From contig NC_057746.1 of NCBI RefSeq assembly GCF_004010195.1, positions 1,005,095 through 1,037,994 on the forward strand: 32,900 bases of DNA, in the 5' to 3' direction. The notes under the pieces were generated by a model, which did no database searches, had not been told where the DNA came from, and saw nothing but the letters and a program-made list of their open reading frames with translations. The stretch comes from Chiloscyllium plagiosum. Lineage: Eukaryota. The stretch's first letter is position 1. Every line of letters begins with the position of its first letter. Both the position numbers and the translations under genes were made by a program. Of the stretch, positions 1 to 11,000 are shown one piece after another.

Positions 1-319
1 TTTTCCCTGGGGTCCGGGAGTCCAGAACTAGAGGGCATAGGTTTAGGGTGAGAGGGGAAAGATATAAAAGAGACCTAAGGGACAACCTTTTCATGCAGAT
101 GGTAGTACGTGTATGGAATGAGCTGCCGGAGGATGTGGTGGAGGCTGGTACAATTGCAACATTTAAGAGGCACTTGGATGGGTATATGAATAGGAAGGGT
201 TTGAAGGGATATGGGTCAGGTGATGGCAGGTGGGACTAGATTGTGTTGGGATATCTGGTCAGCATGGACGGGTTGGATCGAAGGGTCTGTTTCCATGCTG
301 TACATCTCTGTGACTCTAT
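1..319 (+). mobile_element. CR1-clade LINE (HER1-like) 3' end fragment
   Basis: Translates to the CR1 ORF2 C-terminus ([34 protein letters not shown]), followed by the 3' tail GGGTCTGTTTCCATGCTGTACATCTCTGTGACTCTA. Near-identical copy at 15467-16030. Confidence 0.9.
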
Positions 320-1690
320 TTGCCTGTTACTTTCATTGACAACTGAACAAAGATACCCAGATCTCTTTGTATAGCCATACTTCCTGATATATCACCATTT
401 AAATAATACACTGACTTTCTGGTTTTCACACCAAAGTTTTCACACCTTAAACATATCCATGTTATACTGCACTCAGTCAACTTGTCTGGATTCTTCTGAT
501 GCCTCGTTGCATCCTCCTACCAATACACTATCCTATCCAATTTTATGTTGTCAGCAAACTTGGAAAAATTGCATTTGGTTCCCTAATCCAAGTAGTTTAT
601 TTGACCTGATTGAAACCGAAAGGATCCTGAGCGATCTTAGCAGATTGGATGTGGAGAGGATGTTTCACATGTCTCGCATGTTTCCTGATAAAGTGTGTGC
701 GTTTAATGGATGCTGGGCATCAATGATTGACATCTGCTGCCTTGGTAGGTAAGTGCGTGCTCCCGATCGAGTCCTGGTGTTAGATTCTTTTCCGGAGATT
801 CTTACACAATTGATGCAACTGCAAAACATCAACTTCTGTGAACAAGCAAAATTTTATTAAGCACAGTACAGTACAAGCTTTCTGGAGGAACATTTAACAC
901 ACATCGCGCAAGGCTTGCAGGGTTGTGGCAAACGTTTTCCGAACAAAGTAAACATCCTTCCTTTATCCAAAATCTTTACATCACAGGCAGTAATGCCCAC
1001 AAGACAATCTCCAGCCATCCCCCCCACCCAGTCACATGCCACTCAAGACACAATTCAGTGACCATATCATCTCCAGAAACAATGCAATGCAAATCATCCC
1101 CTAAACGGTCAAATATGTTTGCAAATCATTTTCTGTAACTATAGGTGAGTAGTCAAATTCCAACTGTAATGTTCTTATTGATTTCTGAATAGGGGATGAA
1201 AATGTGAATAGCTTTGAATGGCAACGAAATGGCCATGTAAATGGCTCTGAATAATAGGATATTTCTTACAATCTCTCTCTGTAAGTCAAACGTATCCCAC
1301 CCTAGCCTCAGGACATCAAATTTCCTGCAGGTCAGCACAGCAAGTTAACTCTTTAATATCACACTGGGTCCGAGTCAGGGTTGCGGCCTCTCCGGGAGGT
1401 CTTGAAGTTGATTCTGTCAAACCTCCACGTTGTACAGTTTCTTTCAGGTCAGTTGTCATTCCTGGACTGGGTGGGCCTCCTCAGGCTCAGGGCAGGCTTC
1501 ACTGGAGTCAGGTTACTGCTAGATTAGGTATTGTTCCTGAAGTGGTCAGGCTTCAGTTTTAGATATCCCTGAGGTCAAGAAGGTTCGTAGAATCTTTATA
1601 CACAAGTAGATTTAAGAGAACATGCTTACTAACTTTTACACATTTAACATTGACTAAAAGAGAAGAATGATCGGAACAGTCACCACTCGT

Positions 1691-1703
1691 CGCCGCCATC
1701 TTG
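1691..1703 (-). promoter_or_regulatory. YY1 consensus site (CAAGATGGCGGCG on - strand)
   Basis: The + strand reads CGCCGCCATCTTG, an exact match to the YY1 consensus, directly upstream of the CCAAT array. Confidence 0.55.
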
Positions 1704-1730
1704 GATCCTCTTGATTGATTGATCCCTACC

Positions 1731-1930
1731 CCACTCTGATTGGTCAGTCTTTGCCCCACTCTGATTGGTTAGTCTCTGCCCCACTCTGATTGGTTAGCCC
1801 CTGCTCAGTTCCGATTTGCCAATCTCTGCCCCACTCTAATTGGTCAGCCCCTGCCCCGTTCTGATTGGTCAGCCCCTGCCCCGTTCTGATTGGTCAGCCC
1901 CTGCCCTGTTCTGATTGGTCTCCTACACCC
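1731..1930 (+). promoter_or_regulatory. MHC class II beta proximal promoter: 8 x 25-bp tandem repeat of Y-box (inverted CCAAT, NF-Y) units
   Basis: Units start at 1731, 1756, 1781, 1806, 1831, 1856, 1881 and 1906, with approximate consensus CC(A/G)(C/T)TCTGATTGGTCAGCCCCTGCC. Six units have CTGATTGG, one has CTAATTGG, and one is degenerate but contains CCAAT. The array ends 57 nt before the ATG. Confidence 0.85.
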
Positions 1931-1987
1931 CATTTAACGGGCGCCCACTCGTTCGTTCCGGATTTCTGGTTGTTACTGTTTACGGGA

Positions 1988-2090
1988 ATGGATCTGTACA
2001 GAGTGTGTGACCCCCGCTCCCTGTGGATCCGGATCCCCCTCCTCATCGGGACATTTATCCTCCTCAATGGAGGGAGAGACAGCGGAGCTG
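1988..2090 (+). CDS. mhc2b: MHC class II beta exon 1 (signal peptide)
   Basis: [34 protein letters not shown] has a hydrophobic core; donor G|GTGAGT at 2091. Confidence 0.9.
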
Positions 2091-5000
2091 GTGAGTGACC
2101 CCCGGAGACAGCGGGTTTGGTAATTCCCGGAGGGAGGGAAATCCAGCCTCCAGACCGTGTTGTTAAATACTGTTTGTGATCTTTCTCAGGGGCTCACTCC
2201 ACTAATTTCATTGACGGATGTAGGTTTAATATCTCTGGGGCCTGGACCTTTACTCAGCAGTACGTTTATGATAAAGAACTGATCGCGTACTATGACTTTG
2301 ATCAGAAGATATACATCGCTGTGAAAGACTGGATGAAGGGGAATGTGGCCCGATGGAATAAAGAGGAAGCGGCTGGAACATACCAGGAAGGGATCCGAGT
2401 GTGTGAGAACAATGTTCCGATCTACAGCAAAGTGGTGTCCCGGAAAGGTAAGGGGCTTATTGGCGAAGAGATGTCAGTGATCCGGGACAGCATATGCCTC
2501 TTTCCCCCTGTAACGGGAGCTCTCAATCCCTCCCTACTCACAGTACTCACTTACTTATTCCCATTTGTAACGATGGGATTCACAAACAATGTAAACCACT
2601 TAAAAGGAATAGTGCTGTCCTTGAGGAAATGGTGGACCCGTTGATTATTTACTTGATCTTACTCTTAGCAAAGGAAAATGGATTTTTTGTTCATCCGATG
2701 TTTCTGTGCTATCTCATATTTCAGTGTCATTAGTAACTGAAAACCTATCAATTTCTACCTTGAACACACTTGATGACTGAGCTTTTATAATCTCTTTTGT
2801 CATAAGTTGGAAATGTCTTTGCGCCTGTACTAACATTCATTCGTAGTAAATGCTGACACTATGATTATCTTAATTGCTTGCTATATGCCAGCTATCCTTG
2901 AGAGCAAGGACACGAAACCACTTTGGATATCAATTTTGTTTTCAATCTCTGATCATTTTTTAAAAATGCTATACACCTTTTTTCTCCTGTGAAATTATCC
3001 ACTAGCCTACATTACATTTCATCTACCATGCTTGCCTTGAGGCCTCTTTGCATCCACCTTGTTGCTTGTTCCCACCAGATTGTGTAGTCTAAAAAAATTT
3101 TCTTTTTTGGCATTTTAGACATGTTATGGTAAACATCTCTGAAGTGGGATTTGAGCTCAAGTCTTTCTCCTGAAGTAGAGATGCTACCATTGGCTCAAGA
3201 GCAGTGTTTGCAAACTGGGAAATATTGAATGATGTCTATGTCCAAATCATTTGTGAATAGCTGGAGCCTAAGCACTGATCATTACAGTATCCCTCTAGTC
3301 ACAGCCTGCTGATGTTAGAATGACTCGTTTATTCCTACACTCTCTATATTTTCTGCCTGTTAACTAGTCTTCAATCTTTGCTAGTATATTATACCCTGGA
3401 TTTGGATGGATGTGGCTTATGCCCGAAACGTCGATTCTCCTGTTCCTTGGATGCTGCCTGACCTGCTGCGCTTTTCCAGCAACACATTTTCAGCTTTGGA
3501 TGGATGTGGCCATGGGCACTCAGTTGAGCCCCAGCTATACCTGCTATGTTGGCTATGTTGAACAGTCTCTCTTTAGTACCTACACAGACACTGTGCCCCT
3601 ACTCTTCTGCTGCTGTATTGATGACAGCATCAGTGCTGTATCCTGCACCCAAGCTGAACTGGAGCAGTTCAATGACTTTGCCAACAGCTTCCTCAAATTC
3701 ACTTGGTCTATTTCAGACTAATCCCTCCCCTTTTTTCTTGCGTCTTCTTTTCCATCTCTGGTGACAGTCTATGGACAGATGTTTATTGTAAACCCACAGA
3801 CTCCCATTACTACCTGGACTACACCTCCTCCTGACAGTATCCTGAAAGAATTCCATCCCATTTTCCCAATTCCTCTGTATTTGCTCAGACGAGGCGACAT
3901 TACATTCCCAAGCATCCCAGATGTCTACATGTTTTGAATAACATGCTTTTCCCCTCTGTCATCCAGACAGCCTCCCCTGCACCTCCATTCCCTGCTCTAA
4001 ATCCCCCTTGTCCTCACCTATCACCCCACCAGTTTCTGCATCCAATGTATCATCCTTAAACATTTCTACCAACTCCAATTAGACCCCATCACCAAGAACA
4101 TGTTCCTCTCCCCACCTCTCTCCATTTCCACAAGGACTGTTCCCTTTGCGAATCTTGGTTCCTGCCACTTAANNNNNNNNNNNNNNNNNNNNNNNNNNNN
4201 NNNNNNNNNNNNNNNNNNNNNNNNNNNNNNNNNNNNNNNNNNNNNNNNNNNNNNNNNNNNNNNNNNNNNNNNNNNNNNNNNNNNNNNNNNNNNNNNNNNN
4301 NNNNNNNNNNNNNNNNNNNNNNNNNNNNNNNNNNNNNNNNNNNNNNNNNNNNNNNNNNNNNNNNNNNNNNNNNNNNNNNNNNNNNNNNNNNNNNNNNNNN
4401 NNNNNNNNNNNNNNNNNNNNNNNNNNNNNNNNNNNNNNNNNNNNNNNNNNNNNNNNNNNNNNNNNNNNNNNNNNNNNNNNNNNNNNNNNNNNNNNNNNNN
4501 NNNNNNNNNNNNNNNNNNNNNNNNNNNNNNNNNNNNNNNNNNNNNNNNNNNNNNNNNNNNNNNNNNNNNNNNNNNNNNNNNNNNNNNNNNNNNNNNNNNN
4601 NNNNNNNNNNNNNNNNNNNNNNNNNNNNNNNNNNNNNNNNNNNNNNNNNNNNNNNNNNNNNNNNNNNNNNNNNNNNNNNNNNNNNNNNNNNNNNNNNNNN
4701 NNNNNNNNNNNNNNNNNNNNNNNNNNNNNNNNNNNNNNNNNNNNNNNNNNNNNNNNNNNNNNNNNNNNNNNNNNNNNNNNNNNNNNNNNNNNNNNNNNNN
4801 NNNNNNNNNNNNNNNNNNNNNNNNNNNNNNNNNNNNNNNNNNNNNNNNNNNNNNNNNNNNNNNNNNNNNNNNNNNNNNNNNNNNNNNNNNNNNNNNNNNN
4901 NNNNNNNNNNNNNNNNNNNNNNNNNNNNNNNNNNNNNNNNNNNNNNNNNNNNNNNNNNNNNNNNNNNNNNNNNNNNNNNNNNNNNNNNNNNNNNNNNNNN

Positions 5001-8000
5001 NNNNNNNNNNNNNNNNNNNNNNNNNNNNNNNNNNNNNNNNNNNNNNNNNNNNNNNNNNNNNNNNNNNNNNNNNNNNNNNNNNNATTGGGGAGACAGGCCG
5101 CCTACTTGCGGAACATTTCAGAGAACACCTCTGGGACACCCGCACCAACCAACCCAACCGCCCCGTGGCTGAACACTTTAACTCCCCCTCCCACTCCAGC
5201 CTATCACCTTCACCTTAACCTCCTTTCACCTATCACATTCCCAACGTCCCTTTCCCCCAAGTCCCTCCTCCCTACCTTTTATCTTAGCCTGCTTGGCACA
5301 CCTTCCTCATTCCTGAAGAAGGGCTTACGCCCGAAACGTCAATTCTCCTGCTCCTTGGATGCTGCCTGACCTGCTGCGCTTTTCCAGCAACACATTTTTC
5401 AGCTCAGATCTCCAGCAACTGCAGTCCTCACTTTCTCCCTGTACATCAGTGAAACCAAATGTAAACTCAAGGCTCATTTTGCCAATGGGCTGACCTGACC
5501 TCCCAGTCACTGCCCATTTTAATTTCCCTTCCCACTTCCCCTCCGACATGACATCCTCTGCCTCCTCCATTGCTACAGTGGATTGGACCACAATTTGGAG
5601 GAACAATACCTCATCTTCTACCTGGGCAGCCTACAACCTGGACGACTCAACATGGAGTTGTCTGATTTCAAATAACCTCTCTTCCCATCCCTGACTCCTT
5701 TCTAGCCCATCCCAATCTCTTCCATTCATCTGACTGACCCTTCCTTCCAGCTCCCAAACGTACATGAAACATTGACTTCTCCACCTCCGCTGTCTGGCTT
5801 GCTGTGTTTTACCAGCCTCCTGCTTGTCTACCGTGTCTCCCTCCTTTAACAGTGAGACTACATTTACAATCTTTTCATTTGCAGTTACCACTACACAATT
5901 AACTTGTTGAAAGATGATCACTGACCAACTTGTCTTGGAAATATATCGCTGTTCCTTTACTGTCTCTGTCAAAATCCTAGAATTCCCTTCCTAATGGCAT
6001 TGTGGGTCAACCCACAGGAAGTGGACTTCAGTGGTCAAGAAGGCAACTCACCGTGCAACTAGGGATGCACAATAAAGGCTGGCCAGCCAGTGATGCCCAC
6101 GTCCCACAAAATGAATACATTTTTAAACTATTGTATCCTCTGGCTCTATAACCATCTTTCTTCACCTAGGATTAAGGTCATTGGATCTTGGAGATTTCCA
6201 ATGTAATTTTGTTGTTTTCGGATCTTAATTATTTCAGAAAATTTATCTTCCTCTGAAGACAGACAAGTACTTTGTGTGACATTTCTCTATTTCCTGTTAA
6301 ATTTCCTGTACGTCTATAGTGAATCCACATTTTTGTTCTTTACAAACCTACTGACGTTTCTATTGTATATTTTTGTTCTCGCTATTTTGCATTCACATTT
6401 TATTCTTTATCAATTTCTTCACCCTCCCTATGCTGAATTCTAACATTGTCCAATCCTCAGATTTGCAGTTTACTTGGCAACTTCATAAATTTTCCACTTT
6501 GTAATACTATTTTCAACTTCCCTTATTAGCAATGGCTCTTTACCTGGGTAATTCGGGCAGACAAATGCTTTTCGCAAACCCAGCATTATACTTTAGCCAT
6601 ATTTATCTACTATCAGATATTTTAATGTATTTTCCAATTTATCATATCTGACTTCCTCTATCTCCAGCTGAAAATGTGTCACTGGAAAAGTGCAGCAGGT
6701 CAGGCAGCATCCAAGGAGCAGGGGAATCTACGTTTCGGGCATGAGCCCTTCAGGAATGAGGAAAGTGTGCCAAGCGGGCTAAGATAAAAGGTAGGGAGGA
6801 GGGACTTGGGGGAGGGGCGTTGGAAATGCGATTGGTGGAAGGAGGTTAAGGTGAGGGTGATAGGCCAGAGTGAGGGTGGGCGCGGAGAGGTCAGGAAGAA
6901 GATTGCACGTTAGGAAGGTGGTGCTGAGTTTGAGGGTTGGGAATGAGACAAGATGGGGTGAGGGGAAGTGAGGAAGCTGGAGAAATCTGAGTTCATCACT
7001 TGTGGTTGGAGGGTTCCAAGACGGAAGATGAGGCGCTCTTCCTCCAGCCGTNNNNNNNNNNNNNNNNNNNNNNNNNNNNNNNNNNNNNNNNNNNNNNNNN
7101 NNNNNNNNNNNNNNNNNNNNNNNNNNNNNNNNNNNNNNNNNNNNNNNNNNNNNNNNNNNNNNNNNNNNNNNNNNNNNNNNNNNNNNNNNNNNNNNNNNNN
7201 NNNNNNNNNNNNNNNNNNNNNNNNNNNNNNNNNNNNNNNNNNNNNNNNNNNNNNNNNNNNNNNNNNNNNNNNNNNNNNNNNNNNNNNNNNNNNNNNNNNN
7301 NNNNNNNNNNNNNNNNNNNNNNNNNNNNNNNNNNNNNNNNNNNNNNNNNNNNNNNNNNNNNNNNNNNNNNNNNNNNNNNNNNNNNNNNNNNNNNNNNNNN
7401 NNNNNNNNNNNNNNNNNNNNNNNNNNNNNNNNNNNNNNNNNNNNNNNNNNNNNNNNNNNNNNNNNNNNNNNNNNNNNNNNNNNNNNNNNNNNNNNNNNNN
7501 NNNNNNNNNNNNNNNNNNNNNNNNNNNNNNNNNNNNNNNNNNNNNNNNNNNNNNNNNNNNNNNNNNNNNNNNNNNNNNNNNNNNNNNNNNNNNNNNNNNN
7601 NNNNNNNNNNNNNNNNNNNNNNNNNNNNNNNNNNNNNNNNNNNNNNNNNNNNNNNNNNNNNNNNNNNNNNNNNNNNGCCTGCTTGGCACACTTTCCTCAT
7701 TCCTGAAGAAGGGCTCATGCCCGAAACGTCGATTCTCCTGCTCCTTGGATGCTGCCTGACCTGCTGGGCTTTTCCAGCAACACATATTTTCAGCTCTGAT
7801 CTCCAGCATCTACAGTCCTCACTTTTTCTCCTTCCTCTATCTCCATAATTGTCCTTATTTAGATTTAAGATCTTAATTTCAGATTCCACTAACATTTTTA
7901 CAAGTTTAGTGAAAGATTGTATGGCCACTATTCTCAAGTCTTTTACAAGATGATTACTAGGCATTTCTCATTGCATAATACTAAATCTAAAATAGTGAGT

Positions 8001-11000
8001 GCCTTGTATTTCATGTGTTAAATGCTGGATTAGAAAGTATGTCCCAATTTACTGGAGCTAAATAGGTGTCAGCATAAAATTCATTGAGTCACGTGAATGA
8101 TGAAACTGGCAAATGTACTGCAATGCCTCCAAATGAAGATCTAAGTAGGAAATGTGTTCCAAATGGTGCAAAGGTGGATATAGGAGATAGTGGGGTTGGT
8201 AAGTGAGAGGGGACAGATCCAAAGACACATCACTGATTTTGGAACTTTTGATAGCTTAATGGAATGCTGGTCTCTTGCATTATCTTGGAGGAATAATCAC
8301 TTCCTTCGCAATTGTCAAAATTTTGGAACACCTTTCAAAGGATACCAGCGCTGGAGATGCTACCTTTAACAGACATCCACATCCAGTTGTGAGCGGAGGT
8401 AAGATTAAAGTACTGAGCAATCCTCAGCACCACACTTGAATGCTTACTCTCTTTGGAGAGAGTGCAGTACACAGAACTTCGTTTTGTGCTTAAGACTTAA
8501 CAGTAATTAATTTTTTAAAATTTTTTAAAAATATAGCTGAAATAGTGATTTAATTGAATTAAGGTGTTACGGTAATGGTCTATTTTTGCTAGTTGGAGTT
8601 TAGGACTAGGGACTATTTTTAAGAAAAACTAGTTTTTCAAGAGTAAAAGTCTGGAAACATTTCTATGTAAGTGACAACTTGGAACTAATTTAACAGAATA
8701 TAAAACATAGAACAGCACAGTACAGGTCCTTGCTTCTTTGTGCTGACCTTTTTATACTACTGTAAGATCAAACTAACCTAAATACCCTTCAATTTACTAT
8801 CCTCCGTGTGCCTATCCAAGAGTCACTTAAATGTCCTAATGTATCTGACTCTACTACCATCGCTGGCAATGCATTCCCCATTGCCACACACATCATTTAC
8901 TGCTTCCGCTGCACCCGATGTGGCCTCCTCTATATTGGGGAGACAGGCCGCCTACTTGTAGAACATTTCAGAGAATACATCTGGGACACCCGCACCAACC
9001 AACCCAACCACCCCGTGGCTCAACTCCCCCTCCCACTCCACCAAGGACATGTAAAGAAACGATCTCTGACATCTCCATTAAACCTTCCTCCAATCACCTT
9101 AAAATTATGCCCTCTTGTGAGAGCCATTTCTGCCCTGGGGAAAAAGTCCGGCTATTCACTCTATCTGTGCCTCTCATTATCTTGTACACTTCTATCAAGT
9201 CGCCTCCCATCCCTATTTGCTCCAATGAGAAAAGGCTTAACTCCTTCAACCTTAAGACATGCCCAAGTCCAGGCAGCATCCTGGTAAATCTCCTGTGCAC
9301 CCTTTCTGAAGCTTCCACATCCATTCTGAGGCAATCAGAATTGAACACAATATTCCATGTGTGGTCTAACCAGGGCTGTCTCGATCTACAGCATAACCTC
9401 ATGGCTCTTAAACTCAGTGCCCCTGCTAACAAAAACCAGCACCATATGCTTCCTTAACTACCCTCTCAACTTGGATGGCAACTTTGAGGGATCTATGGAC
9501 ATGGACCCCAAAATCCCTCTGTGTTCCTCCACACTGTCAAGAATCCTGCCTTTAACCCTATATTCTGCATTCAAAGCTAACAATCTAAAATTAATCACTT
9601 CACACTTTTTTTTTCAGGCTGAACTCTATCTGCCACTGTATCAGCCCAGTTCTGCATCCGTCAATGTCTTGTTGCAACCTTCAACAGCCCTCCACACTAT
9701 CCACCACTCCTCTGACCTGCATGCCATTGACAAACATATTAACCCACTCTCCACTTCTTCATCTAGGTCGTTTTTTAAAAATCACAAGAGATCCCTGCAG
9801 TATACCACTAGTCACTGATCTCCAGGCTGAATACTTTCCGTCCACTACCATCCTCTGTCTTCTATGGGCCAGCCAATTCTGTATCCAGACAGATAGCTCT
9901 CCCTGTATCCCATGCCTCATTACTTTCTAAATGAGCCTACCATGGGAACCTTATCAATTGTTAATCACTTCACAATTTATTACTGATTTTTTTCCCAAAA
10001 GGTTTGAGATGGGGCAAAACAGACCAAAATTTTGGATTTGGATGAACCATATCCTATTGCCTCAGGTGACTAAATGGCCTGCTATTGTTCATGTGCTCTT
10101 ATCCACATCTAATACCTCTGAGGACTGTCTGAACCTGACCCTTTAAGGAACTATTTCCTTGATGTTCCCCATAATTCTTGGTGTAACATTGCTGCTAGAG
10201 ATTTCTGGGCTTGTTTGTTGTAGTTGAAGTACATAACGGACTTTTGAGGTTTCTGCGGCCCAAGGAGCTGATGCTTTTCAGCCATCTTGCGTGTTTTGCT
10301 ATTATGTAGTGCAAGCATCCAGCTCTTGATGGTTAAAAGGTTACAACAGATGTGTTGAACAGACTTATTGATCACTGCTTCAGTGTTCACCAAGTCCTTC
10401 CTCCAGTTTACACTGGAATACATAATTAAAAAAGAAAGGTATTGGAATGAAACTAAAACAGTAAGCCAAGATAAATTTAATGGGAGCTACTGGACTAATT
10501 GCATCCAATAATTGGTGCTACAGTGCTGATTAGACTTGTCATTAAAATTAATGTTATGTGGTAGCCTTGCTTTTTGTGGTTTTTGTAAAGCCAACTTAAA
10601 TTGTTTAATAGCATCATGATAAAAGACCACTTTTTTTTTAAAGTCACAAACAGGAATTTGTCTTCTGGGCTGAATTTCTTAATTAGAATGAAGACTGGGA
10701 CTTGTAGTCAATCTGAGGGTATTCAGGAACTGAGCAAACAGCAATGATGACTGGGGGGAAAATTGAGAAACAAATGCAAGATGACAAAAACACTATTCGA
10801 CGACTCACTGCTTTCTTTCTAAAGTTGATTTTATTCTGTTCCAGTTGAACCAACAGTCACTATCCGACCTAAAGCCTCTCAACATTCCACACAGTCAGCT
10901 TTGCTCTCGTGTCATGTCACTGGATTTTACCCTCCTGAGATTGATGTCACGTGGCTGAAAAATGGAGCACCAATTCCTGATGGTGTCATCAACACTGTCC

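Larger units (their letters stand above)
3401..5830 (+). mobile_element. Old decayed Penelope-like element (RT to GIY-YIG), interrupted by younger insertions and an N gap
   Basis: 3505-3720 translates to the PLE RT motif [11 protein letters not shown]...GYVEQSLF...CIDD. 5441-5670 has a degenerate YIxETK and [17 protein letters not shown] endonuclease end, followed by a degenerate terminal repeat. Confidence 0.8.
6667..7830. mobile_element. Penelope-like element, tail-out inverted structure spanning the N gap, 15-bp TSD
   Basis: 6667-7051 is a - strand copy ([26 protein letters not shown] plus terminal repeat); 7677-7830 is a + strand terminal repeat. TSD CTTCCTCTATCTCCA at 6652-6666 and 7831-7845. 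Confidence 0.88.

Noticed and set aside
1731-1930. Regularly spaced repeats resembling a CRISPR array
   Set aside because: The units are contiguous 25-mers with no unique spacers, the context is vertebrate, and there are no cas genes. It is a minisatellite.
2091-2189. 99-nt intron 1 as an in-frame retained intron
   Set aside because: The length is a multiple of three, but there is an in-frame TGA at 2096-2098.
1865-2644. ORF-track ORFs 1865..2098 and 2321..2644 as stand-alone genes
   Set aside because: They are exons 1 and 2 of the MHC gene read through into promoter or intron sequence.
4066-7964. Long ORFs of 263-372 aa
   Set aside because: Artefacts of translating through the N gaps.
10151-10423. 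90-aa minus-strand ORF in intron 2
   Set aside because: No recognisable domain or convincing splice context; compatible with chance.
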